Below, piece after piece: positions 26,477 to 36,589 of a DNA stretch of 64,000 nt (the stretch's first letter is position 1; each line of letters starts with the position of its first letter). The stretch comes from Rhynchopus sp. YZ270_cl-10 (Eukaryota), in contig OZ037840.1 of NCBI GenBank assembly GCA_964035575.1, positions 1,612,001 to 1,676,000 on the forward strand, read 5' to 3'. The notes under the pieces are model-generated. The model had not been told where the DNA came from. It searched no databases and saw only the letters and a program-made list of their open reading frames with translations. A program made the position numbers and the translations under genes.

Positions 26477-27364
26477 ATGCTTCATTTTGGTGTTCTCGTT
26501 GCTGCGTTGGTGATGTCGAACCAACATACTGCCTGCCCAATCCCGTCTCCATGCGCCTCAGGTCTGGATTGCTGTGTGGGCGACAGCCTTCCCGTCGGAC
26601 TGTGCTTTAATAAGTCTACCGAGGTCTGTGCAGGTTGCAAGAATGTGGACGTAAAATACCCCTGTCCCACGGAGAAGCCACACTGCTGCGCAAGCTCCGG
26701 CCAAGACGTAAAGATCAACTGCTACGGCGAAGGCGAGAGGTGCTGCAGTGGAAGCGGCCAACCTGCGAATAGCAGCGAGATCTGCATTGGGAGCTGTGGC
26801 GTGACGACGGACCCCTTCACGCAGTGCTGCGATAATAAGAGATACGACAACCAGACACAGTGCTGCTCTGGCAAGGGTCCCTGCGATGTGGCCACCCACA
26901 CCTGCAACAGCTGCGGCTGCATTGAGTTGGACGACCCGACGACTGAGTGCTGTGGGGGGAGCAAGTTTGACAACAGCACGAAGAAGTGCTGCAGTTCGCA
27001 CAACCACGAAATCTGTGATCAGGCAGACACATGCTCGGGGTGTGGGTGTCTGTCTGGTCCGGAGATGAAGTGCTGTGGCACGAAGCAGTACAACACCACT
27101 GCTGGGGAGACGTGCTGCAGCAACCACGAGCAGAGTCCATTCAATGAGAACAAGATCTGTAATGCCACGCAGTCCTGCCACTCGTTCTCCGGTGGGCAGC
27201 AAACCGAGATCTGCTGCACAAAGGAGTGGACGCTGTGCAAGCACCAGGACGGGTACATAACACATGCAAAGTGCATGGACCCCTCCACGAGCATCTGCTG
27301 CACAGGGGCGGTGTGCAGCAAAACCCTTGGGAGCACCTGCTGCGATGGGAAGTGCTGTGCCTAG
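26477..27364 (+). CDS. secreted di-Cys repeat protein, copy 9, 295 aa
   Basis: ATG at 26477 (MLHFGVLVAALVMS). Confidence 0.9.
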   Translation: MLHFGVLVAALVMSNQHTACPIPSPCASGLDCCVGDSLPVGLCFNKSTEVCAGCKNVDVKYPCPTEKPHCCASSGQDVKINCYGEGERCCSGSGQPANSSEICIGSCGVTTDPFTQCCDNKRYDNQTQCCSGKGPCDVATHTCNSCGCIELDDPTTECCGGSKFDNSTKKCCSSHNHEICDQADTCSGCGCLSGPEMKCCGTKQYNTTAGETCCSNHEQSPFNENKICNATQSCHSFSGGQQTEICCTKEWTLCKHQDGYITHAKCMDPSTSICCTGAVCSKTLGSTCCDGKCCA

Positions 27365-28247
27365 GTCCGTCACGAGACATCTGCCACCTACGAGCAACAC
27401 ATCCGAATGGCTCGTACTGGGCAGCAGGTTCTCGATTCCGACTGTACAGATGCCTGGTGTTCTACCGCGCACATCCAACGATTTTTTAGAAGTACTTCGA
27501 GTGTATTTCTTACTATTTATTTGATTTGTGTTCCCAGCCGCCGTATCGAGAGTGTTGCGAGTCACCCTCTCTGTACCAGGCAGGATCCTCCCTCCCCTCC
27601 CCTCCCCTCCTCCCCGCCTATGTCATCTTGACTTCTTATCGAAGCCGTGCCTTTTACTACCACACATTGGTGGGCAAATAGCGCGTGTTATTATTTTTGT
27701 GATTTCATCCGGATGGCTGGCATCGTACGTGAGTCAGTCGGAGGTGCCTGCATTAATAACTTCACTTTTTTTTTAGTGTAACGTGTGCACCTTTAGTGCT
27801 TGATCATTTGGAGTTTTCTATTTGGCACAATATTGTTTGTGCGGTGAAGATTCAGGAACTATGAAAAGTGAGGCATCTGTCTCATCTGTCAACGTTCCTT
27901 TGTTCTTCTGCACGATCTCTTGAGGCAGAACCCTTGACTATATCCGACCCACCCCCTCAGGCACCCCTGTACGCGGAAGTACTCCCATTTGTGCAGATGG
28001 CACAGCACCTTAGCAGGCTTATGTGCATCTGGGAATGTTTTCGTTTTAGCTCTCTTCCTGAACATAAACAAAATATCAGGAAACAATCACAGTGTGCTTA
28101 TGTGTCATGTGTGAGTTCAACAACAGCCTCTCCCACACCCCTGCTCCTTTGTTTATTTTGGACACAATACCCCGCAAACCCGGTCAGTGTTTTTCATTTT
28201 CTGCAGCATAACGACACCCCTTTTCAGGTACACCACCCTCGTGAAAC

Positions 28248-29135
28248 ATGCCTCATTTTGGTGTTCTCGTTGCTGCGTTGGTGATGTCGAACCATGAGGC
28301 CTGCCCAGTCCCGTCTGCGTGTGCCTCAGGTCTGCATTGCTGTGTAAGCGACGGCATTCTCGTAGGAGAGTGCTTCAACAAGTCTATCGAGGTCTGTGCA
28401 GGTTGCAAGTCTGGTTCCGATTTGGACGTAAAATACCCCTGTCCCACGGAGAAGCCACACTGCTGCGCAAGCTCCGGAAAAGACGTAAAGATCAACTGCT
28501 ACGGCGAAGGCGAGAGGTGCTGCTCTGAAAGCGGCCAACCTGCGAATAGCAGCGAGATCTGCATTGGGAGCTGTGGCGTGACGACGGACCCCTTCACGCA
28601 GTGCTGCGTGACGACGAAGTACAGCAACAAGACACAGTGCTGCTCCAGCAAGGGAATCTGCGATGTGGCCACCCACACCTGCAACAGCTGCGGCTGCATT
28701 GAGTTGGACGACCCGACGACTGAGTGCTGTGGGGGGAACAAGTTTGACAACAGCACGAAGAAGTGCTGCAGTTCGCACAACACCCATGATATCTGTGATC
28801 AGGCAGACACATGCTCGGGGTGTGGGTGTCTGTCTGGTCCGGAGATGAAGTGCTGTGGCACGAAGCAGTACAACACCACTGCTGGGGAGACGTGCTGCAG
28901 CAACCACGGGCATGGCGACAAGATTTGCAATACCACGCAGTCCTGCCACTCGTTCTCCGGTGGTGAGACACAAAGCGAGATCTGCTGCACAAAGGAGTGG
29001 ACGCTGTGCAAGCACCAGGACGGGTACATAACACGTGCAAAGTGCATGGACCCCTCCACGAGCATCTGCTGCACAGGGGCGGTGTGCAGCAAAACCCTTG
29101 GGAGCACCTGCTGCGATGGGAAGTGCTGTGCCTAG
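28248..29135 (+). CDS. secreted di-Cys repeat protein, copy 10, 295 aa
   Basis: Paralog of copies 3-9. Confidence 0.9.
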   Translation: MPHFGVLVAALVMSNHEACPVPSACASGLHCCVSDGILVGECFNKSIEVCAGCKSGSDLDVKYPCPTEKPHCCASSGKDVKINCYGEGERCCSESGQPANSSEICIGSCGVTTDPFTQCCVTTKYSNKTQCCSSKGICDVATHTCNSCGCIELDDPTTECCGGNKFDNSTKKCCSSHNTHDICDQADTCSGCGCLSGPEMKCCGTKQYNTTAGETCCSNHGHGDKICNTTQSCHSFSGGETQSEICCTKEWTLCKHQDGYITRAKCMDPSTSICCTGAVCSKTLGSTCCDGKCCA

Positions 29136-30001
29136 GTCCGTCACGAGACATCTGCCACCTGCGAGCAACACGTCCGAATGGCTCGTACTGGGCAGCAGGT
29201 TCTCGATTCCGACTGTACAGATGCCTGGTGTTCTACCGCGCACATCCAACGATTTTTTAGAAGTACTTCGAGTGTATTTCTTACTATTTATTTGATTTGT
29301 GTTCCCAGCCGCCGTATCGAGAGTGTTGCGAGTCACCCTCTCTGTACCAGGCAGGATCCTCCCTCCCCTCCCCTCCCCTCCTCCCCGCCTATGTCATCTT
29401 GACTTCTTATCGAAGCCGTGCCTTTTACTACCACACATTGGTGGGCAAATAGCGCGGGTTATTATTTTTGTGCTTTCATCCCAGACTGGCATCGTACGTG
29501 GCGTGGTGCTGTAGGCTTTTATCTTTTTTTTTAGTGTAACGTGTGCACCTTTAGTGCTTGATCATTTGGAGTTTTCTATTTGCCACAATATTGCTTGTGA
29601 GGTGAATATTGAGGAACTATGAAAAGTGAGGCATCTGTCTCATCTGTCAACGTTCCTTTGTTTTCCTCTGCACGATCTCTTGAGGCAGAACCCTTGACTA
29701 TATCCGACCCACCCCCTCAGGCACCCCTGTACGCGGAAGTACTCCCATTTGTGCAGATGGCACAGCACCACAGCAGGCTTATGTGCATCTGGGAATGTTT
29801 TCGTTTTTAGCTCTCGTTCTGAAAATATAAGTAAGAAAACAAACACAGTGTGCTTATGTGTCATGTGTGAGTTCAACAACAGCCTCTCCCAAACCCCTGC
29901 CCCCGCAGGTTTTTGTATTCTTTCCTATTTCCTCCTCTCACCCCGACACAACCACAACACGTGTTGCAGACAACACAAAAACCAAACCAAACGGAACCAC
30001 G

Positions 30002-31234
30002 ATGCGTGTCGCCTCGTCGCTGCTGCTGCTGCTTGCCGGGAGTGCGTCTGCCGTTGACAACGGGATAGGTCTTCTGCCCCCTATGGGGTGGCGCTCGTGG
30101 AACTGCTACCGTGGCAATGTGAACCAGACCCTGATGGAGGGTGTCATGGATGCAGTGTCTGTTCGCAAGCACACTGTTGACGGGAAGCCCACCAGCATTG
30201 CGGACCTGGGGTTCGTGAACATTGGTCTTGACGACAACTGGCAGGCGTGTGGCACTGGGCTGAACGGCTCCTTCCACGACGCTGACGGCATCCCGCTCAT
30301 CAACAAGGCGACGTTCCCCGACATGAAGGCGATGACGGACCACGGCCACAGCAAGAACCTGAAGGTGGGGTGGTACATGAACAACTGCATCTGTGCCGAG
30401 AAGAAGTTCACAGGTGCGAGCTACATCGAGAAGCACATGGAGCAGTCTGCGAAGGCAGTTGCGGAGTACGGCTTCGACGGTGTGAAACTGGACGAGTGTG
30501 GACAGTTCCTGAACCTGACACAGTGGGCACAGCTTCTGAACGCGACAGGACGCCCAATCATGATCGAGAACTGCCACTGGGGACGCACCGTGCCTGGGCA
30601 GACGACAGGAGACGCACCCTGCAAGGGTGACTCTGGTGTGTCGGACTGTGCGTACAACTTCTTCCGGACGTCGGTAGACATAGAACCCAGCTGGATAAGT
30701 ATGCACTGGAACCTGCAGACAACAAAAAAGTTCCAGGGCAACCCTCCCCTCTCCCGCCCAGGCAGCTGGGCGTACCCCGACATGCTTGAGGTGGGGAACC
30801 TTGCGAACTACGCAGAGGACCGCTCGCACTTCTCTGCTTGGGTGATCACCTCGAGCCCGCTCATCCTTGGCTTTGACGTGACGAACGACGCGATTGTGAG
30901 CCGTGTGTGGGACATCATCAGCAACAAGGAGGTGCTGTCCGTGTCGCAGACGTGGGCAGGCCACCCGGGACGTCTTGTGAACGAGAAGCCTTATGGGTTC
31001 CAGGTGTGGGGGAAGGTGCTTGGTGACAAGGACCAGGCAGCACTGGCTATGAGCAACACAAGGACTGCTGCAACTGTGACGTTCACCTTCACTGACTTTG
31101 GGTTTGCAGCAACGGACACTGTGTCTGTGCGTGACCTGTACCAGCAGAAGGACCTTGTGAAGATGGCAGGCCAGTTCACCACCGACTCCATCACAGAGCA
31201 CGACAGCCGCATGTACCGCTTCACGCTTGCGTAG
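30002..31234 (+). CDS. secreted GH27 alpha-galactosidase / alpha-N-acetylgalactosaminidase-family glycosidase, copy 1, 410 aa
   Basis: Signal peptide; DNGIGLLPPMGWRSWN, LDDNWQ, FPDMKAM, GFDGVKLD (nucleophile), RTSVDI (acid/base), PDMLEVGN, HFSAWVITSSPLILG and a C-terminal VRDL beta-domain motif. Confidence 0.93.
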   Translation: MRVASSLLLLLAGSASAVDNGIGLLPPMGWRSWNCYRGNVNQTLMEGVMDAVSVRKHTVDGKPTSIADLGFVNIGLDDNWQACGTGLNGSFHDADGIPLINKATFPDMKAMTDHGHSKNLKVGWYMNNCICAEKKFTGASYIEKHMEQSAKAVAEYGFDGVKLDECGQFLNLTQWAQLLNATGRPIMIENCHWGRTVPGQTTGDAPCKGDSGVSDCAYNFFRTSVDIEPSWISMHWNLQTTKKFQGNPPLSRPGSWAYPDMLEVGNLANYAEDRSHFSAWVITSSPLILGFDVTNDAIVSRVWDIISNKEVLSVSQTWAGHPGRLVNEKPYGFQVWGKVLGDKDQAALAMSNTRTAATVTFTFTDFGFAATDTVSVRDLYQQKDLVKMAGQFTTDSITEHDSRMYRFTLA

Positions 31235-31900
31235 GTGTGGGTGGTGTGATGTGTGATGTGTGAAGTGGCATGGACGTGGACGGTAAGTGAGACTGAGCAC
31301 GAGAGAGTTGTGTTTTTATAGAGAGCTTCGACTCATGACCTGCCTGGTGTTCTCCCGCGCATATCCTCCAAGTTTTTTTTAAGGTACTTCGAGTGTATTT
31401 CTTATATTCTATTTTTTTGATGCGTGCTCCAGGCACATCCATCTTTGAAGGAGACAGCATAAGCACGTGTGGCCAGAACCTTTTTCTACGCTACTCTCAA
31501 TGCTGTGTCTTCTCTTGGAAGGGAACGTGACCCACTTTGCACTCTTCGCTCTATCCTCTTTGTGTCGCACATCTCCTGAGCTGAGTGGCATTTTATTGTT
31601 GCACGTATTCGTGTTCAACGCACAAAAAGGCTCCCCAGCCGCCGTATCGAGAGTGTTGCGAGTCACCCTCTCTGTACCAGGCAGGATCCTCCCTCCCCTC
31701 CCCTCCCTCCCCGCCTATGTCATCTTGACTTCTTATCGATGCCTTTTACCACCTAGCATTGGTGGGCAAATAAGACGTGTTATTTTTTCGTGTGTTGTAA
31801 TCGTACGTGGGTCGGTCGGAGGTGCCTGCATCAATGGAGACCATTCTTCATGGTGACTGAGCACGTGAGGCTTTGGTTCATTTCACATGACCTCTTTTTA

Positions 31901-32002
31901 CAGTTGGACAAGAAACTTGGCGACCAAATAATATTGGCGGATTTTGGGGGGTTTTCTTGCAATTGGCGACTTTTTTGGTCGCCAATATTACTTGTCCAAC
32001 TG
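31901..32002. mobile_element. Tc1/mariner-type MITE
   Basis: ta|cagttggacaag ... cttgtccaactg|ta; same family as 38841-39250. Confidence 0.8.
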
Positions 32003-32245
32003 TATTTTTATTGTAACGTGTCCACTCAGATAGTGCCTCAGGAATGACCAAATGACTAATGCACCAAACAACTGTTTTCCCATGTGTGGTAGCTTATTCA
32101 TCTGCCAACGTTCCTTCGTTTTCTTCTGCACGTCCTGTTGAAGCAGAATGCCACCGGTTTTTATGTTATTTGCCTATTTCCTCTTCTCACCCCGACACGA
32201 CCACAACACTGTTGCAGACAAAACAACAAAACCAAACAACACAAG

Positions 32246-33478
32246 ATGCGTGTCGCCTCGTCGCTGCTGCTGCTACTTGCCGGGAGTGCGTCTGCCGTTG
32301 ACAACGGGATAGGTCTTCTGCCCCCTATGGGGTGGCGCTCGTGGAACTGCTACCATGCCAAGGTGAACCAGACCCTGATGGAGGGTGTCATGGATGCAGT
32401 GTCTGTTCGCAAGCACACTGTTGACGGGAAGCCCACCAGCATTGCGGACCTGGGGTTCGTGAACATTGGTCTTGACGACAACTGGCAGGCGTGTGGCACT
32501 GGGCTGAACGGCTCCTTCCACGACGCTGACGGCATCCCGCTCATCAACAAGGCGACGTTCCCTGACATGAAGGCGATGACGGACCACGGCCACAGCAAGA
32601 ACCTGAAGGTGGGGTGGTACATGAACAACTGCATCTGTGCCGAGAAGAAGTTCACGGGCTCGAGCTACCTCGAGAAGCACATGGAGCAGTCTGCGAAGGC
32701 AGTTGCGGAGTACGGCTTCGACGGTGTGAAGCTGGACGGGTGTGGACAGTTCCGGAACCTGACACAGTGGGCACAGCTGCTGAATGCGACAGGACGCCCG
32801 ATCATGATTGAGAACTGCCACTGGGGAGGCACCGTGCCTGGGCAGACGACAGGAGACGCACCCTGCAAGGGTGACTCTGGTGTGTCGGACTGTGCGTACA
32901 ACTTCTTCCGCTCCTCCACAGACATCCAAAGCAGCTGGAGAAGCATCTTCAGCAACCTGCAGACAACAACAAAGTTCCAGGGCAACCCTCCCCTCTCCCG
33001 CCCAGGCACATGGGCGTACCCCGACATGCTTGAGGTGGGGAACCTTGCGAACTACGCAGAGGACCGCTCGCACTTCTCTGCTTGGGTGATCACCTCGAGC
33101 CCGCTCATCCTTGGCTTTGACGTGACGAACGACGCGATTGTGAGCCGTGTGTGGGACATCATCAGCAACAAGGAGGTGCTGTCTGTGTCGCAGACGTGGG
33201 CAGGCCACCCGGGACGTCTTGTGAACGAGAAGCCTGCTGGGTTCCAGGTGTGGGGGAAGGTGCTTGGTGACAAGGACCAGGCAGCACTGGCCATGAGCAA
33301 CACCACGACTGCTGCAACTGTGACGTTCACCTTCACTGACTTTGGGTTTGCAGCAACGGACACTGTGTCTGTGCGTGACCTGTACCAGCAGAAGGACCTT
33401 GTGAAGGTGGCAGGCCAGTTCACCACCGACTCCATCACAGAGCACGACAGCCGCATGTACCGCTTCACGCTTGCGTAG
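32246..33478 (+). CDS. secreted GH27 glycosidase, copy 2, 410 aa
   Basis: About 21 aa differences from copy 1; KLDGC and RSSTDI catalytic motifs. Confidence 0.93.
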   Translation: MRVASSLLLLLAGSASAVDNGIGLLPPMGWRSWNCYHAKVNQTLMEGVMDAVSVRKHTVDGKPTSIADLGFVNIGLDDNWQACGTGLNGSFHDADGIPLINKATFPDMKAMTDHGHSKNLKVGWYMNNCICAEKKFTGSSYLEKHMEQSAKAVAEYGFDGVKLDGCGQFRNLTQWAQLLNATGRPIMIENCHWGGTVPGQTTGDAPCKGDSGVSDCAYNFFRSSTDIQSSWRSIFSNLQTTTKFQGNPPLSRPGTWAYPDMLEVGNLANYAEDRSHFSAWVITSSPLILGFDVTNDAIVSRVWDIISNKEVLSVSQTWAGHPGRLVNEKPAGFQVWGKVLGDKDQAALAMSNTTTAATVTFTFTDFGFAATDTVSVRDLYQQKDLVKVAGQFTTDSITEHDSRMYRFTLA

Positions 33479-34346
33479 GTGTGGGTGGTGTGATGTGTGA
33501 TGTGTGAAGTGGCATGTCCGTGGACGTATTGTATATTTATAGGTGAGACTGAGCACGAGAGGCTTGGACTCATCTCACGCTTTTTCTTTGCTTTTTATGA
33601 ATTTGCTTTTTCTGCTCTTACTATTGTATTTTTGTGCACTTGTGAAACTCTCGTCATTCACAAAGCGCAGTTTGTGCGACTGCGCTACTTTCAAAACACA
33701 GGGAGACTGTTTTGTAGTTTGTTTACTTTGGCTGCTTTGTTCTCGATGACAAAACTGGAAACATTTCACTTGTCAGTCATTTTTGTTTTTTTGTTTGTGT
33801 TTTTCGCTACTTGGTTAACTGACGTGTTGGTTCGGTCTCGCCCCACCCGCTTGGTTACCTTGGAGTGTCTCTTTGTTTCGCTTTCTTAGATGTGTCGTGG
33901 CGGTGTGACCCCCGTGAAGGTGCACTGCTCATGTGTTTATTGTGTCTTTGAAGTGTGGCCCCGGCGAACTTTGTTTGCAGAAGGAAACCAAAAAATACTA
34001 TAATCTGCGGGTGTCTACACTACTACAACGTGCCTACGAGAAAAGAAAAAAAACAAGAAACGATGAGGTCTATATTTTTTTTTAACCCTTTTGAACGCCC
34101 CCTCTGCGTTCTCCTCTTTGATGAGATAGTTTCTTTTCGACAGTTTATTGGCTGCAATGGTGACAGGCACTGGGAACCCCCTCGTGCTTTGTTATGGACA
34201 TGTTGCTCATGATGCAGGTTACACTGTTGGGTTGTTAACTGAATCCGATCTCTGAACTGCCTCCTCCTCCTCCTCCTTCCCCTCCTCTCCTCAGAGGCTT
34301 GACACACACCCATTACAGAATATTATATTTGCATCTTTTTCAAAAA

Positions 34347-35276
34347 ATGTCGAAAACCTTTGGATTCAAGTCTGCGGAGATGAGCGAAAAGCTTATTGTG
34401 CAAGAGGACGCTTTTGATGACAAGACAATGTGCAAACGCTGTGGCGTGGCAGACACCTTTGGGTACCGTTGTGTCCACTGCAAGGATATTCACTGCGAGT
34501 CGTGCCTGCCGTTTACTGTACACCGTTGTGAGGAGTGGCGGGTATATGAAGAGTCGCGTGAAGCATCCAGACGGTCTCATGACACAAAACACATCAAAAA
34601 GTTTTCCGTATGCTCGCATCCTGACTGCGGTGCCAAGCTTATGACCGATATGCACTGCTTCTTTTGCAACAAGGTGTTCTGCAGCTCCCACAAAATGGAA
34701 AACGACCACGAATGCCCCGACGCAGTTCTCGCAAAGAAAATACAAAAGAGTATTCCCGAGACAAAGCCCAAGAATAAGCGTACAGTATCCTCCGCCCCGC
34801 TAGCATTTCCTTCCGACCTGCATGTCGATGATAGGTTTCTGTTGAACGTAGTTCTCCCCCCGGCGAATCTTCTTCCAGTACCCGAAGCAGCGAAGGCACA
34901 AAGTCCATTTAAGGTTTTGGTGCACAGAAGGTGGAGTGCAGGCAAGATCTCTGACGCAATCTCCAGACACCTCGGACAGCAGGGTGCGAAAGGGACCCCC
35001 CCGGTGCGCTTTGTGTTTGTCAAGGCGGAGAGTCTGGTGGCGCTTTCCACGATGCAGTCGTTTGCGGATATGTATTCGAAGGGGGTTGTGGGCAAGGGGC
35101 AGACCCTCGTGTACCTTCCAGAACGACTGTTGAAGGAAATTCGCTCGGAAGGGACCGCATTTTTGCAGAAGCAAGCTGAAGAGTTGGAGAAGGGCAGAGT
35201 GTCAGGAGGGTGTGGTGCGGAGGCGTGGACATTGTTTGCTCAGAGGCTCTGTGAAGAAGTAGAGACGGTGTGTTAA
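34347..35276 (+). CDS. tandem AN1-type zinc-finger protein with probable C-terminal ubiquitin-like domain (ZFAND1/Cuz1-like)
   Basis: CKRC...CVHCKDIHC...HRC and CSHPDC...CFFCNKVFCSSH...HEC; the downstream RFLLNVVLP...HRRWSAGKISDAI segment resembles the Cuz1/ZFAND1 C-terminal region. Confidence 0.75.
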   Translation: MSKTFGFKSAEMSEKLIVQEDAFDDKTMCKRCGVADTFGYRCVHCKDIHCESCLPFTVHRCEEWRVYEESREASRRSHDTKHIKKFSVCSHPDCGAKLMTDMHCFFCNKVFCSSHKMENDHECPDAVLAKKIQKSIPETKPKNKRTVSSAPLAFPSDLHVDDRFLLNVVLPPANLLPVPEAAKAQSPFKVLVHRRWSAGKISDAISRHLGQQGAKGTPPVRFVFVKAESLVALSTMQSFADMYSKGVVGKGQTLVYLPERLLKEIRSEGTAFLQKQAEELEKGRVSGGCGAEAWTLFAQRLCEEVETVC

Positions 35277-36589
35277 AGCGGTGAGGGGAAAGAAAAAATG
35301 AATGAAAAGAACCCAGTTGAGTACAAAAAAGTGTGGGGTTTCTTTTGGTTAACTCTATCTTTATTTTCAAAGATAAAAAAAAAAATTTTTAAATACGTTA
35401 GAAAACAAAAACAAAGATAACGTGTCTAGAGTGGGGTCCGCAAAAGTGGCGGAATTTTTTTCTGTTTTTTTTTCTTTTCCTTCTTCTATCTCCGTACAAC
35501 AAAAATCCAAAACAAACTAGCTACCTTTTTTTGGGTGGGGTATCTCTCTGTGTGTGGTCAGTATTTACTCTTCCCTTTTTGTTTTTGCGCTTTGTTTTTT
35601 TTTTTCAAAAAAATTGGTTTCCTTCGTGCATGTGAATTTGTAGTCGATTGAGGAGAGAATGGTTGTGTGAATGTTGCAAGGTAACTGTGAGTGATATGAT
35701 GGGCTGGTATTGTCTTCATATAAAAGGTGTTGCTTTTTTTTTTTGGAGGGTTTTTTGGAAAAAAAGCAACGTTTTCCTCACATTGCTATTACACAACAAT
35801 CTCACGTCCTCTCCCCCCTCCTGACTTTCTATCCCAACTATCCTGCAAAATTAAAAAAATTCTGTCAAAATTTTGTGTTTTTTGAAACCCTCTGACGCTT
35901 TCATCTCACAAATTTTCAGAATTCTTTTTTTGTTTTTTTTTTGTTTGTTTGAAAGCCCGACCTTTCTCTTTTGTGAGTAGAACTGGCAAAACAAACTTTT
36001 GCTTTTCTTTTTTGTGTTGTATTTTTGTGTGTGCTCTTGCTCTCTCCCACATAGTACATACAATTATCTACTTTGTATTTAAAATTTCTTTTATGTTCTG
36101 CATACGTTTCCTGGATTGAGGGGTGAATCCCATTTGCGGGTTGGTGACAAGACAAAATTCTTTTTCGGCAACAACAAAAAAATGAAAACATTGTCACACA
36201 GCACACAGCTGGACTATTCACCCCATCTTATTGTTTCAGTTTTTATTTTATTTTCAAAATTTGCATTTTTTTATAGGTGCCCAAAAGGCATGAGGTAGTA
36301 AGGCCTTTTGTTATTGAAAAGCAAAGCAATAATAAAATCACGCACCTAACAGATATTGCTGTTGTTTTGTTGTTGTTGTTTTTTTTCTTCTGACAGAATG
36401 CCACCCAAAAAAAAAAAGACATTTTCTCCCCCTCAAATCACAGGTTAATTACGAACGCGCGTTCAGTTGTTTTTGAGGTCGCTTTGACACCCGCGTTTAT
36501 TTTAGTGGCGAGAAGAAAGCGCGGTACCCCAAGATGGTTCCGCCCTCCACTCAAACATCCCCTGCATCTAGGTGTACACAAAAACAATA

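Noticed and set aside
29873..33556. Long antisense ORFs (475 and 427 aa) over the GH27 genes, and similar ones over the Cys-rich genes
   Set aside because: They mirror real + strand genes with strong C/G third-position bias and show no recognisable motifs.
14532..33580. CRISPR array or bacterial integron interpretation of the repeated hairpins and cassettes
   Set aside because: Spacing is irregular and kilobase-scale, there is no cas or integron integrase gene, no attC-type RYYYAAC/GTTRRRY ends were seen, and the context is eukaryotic.
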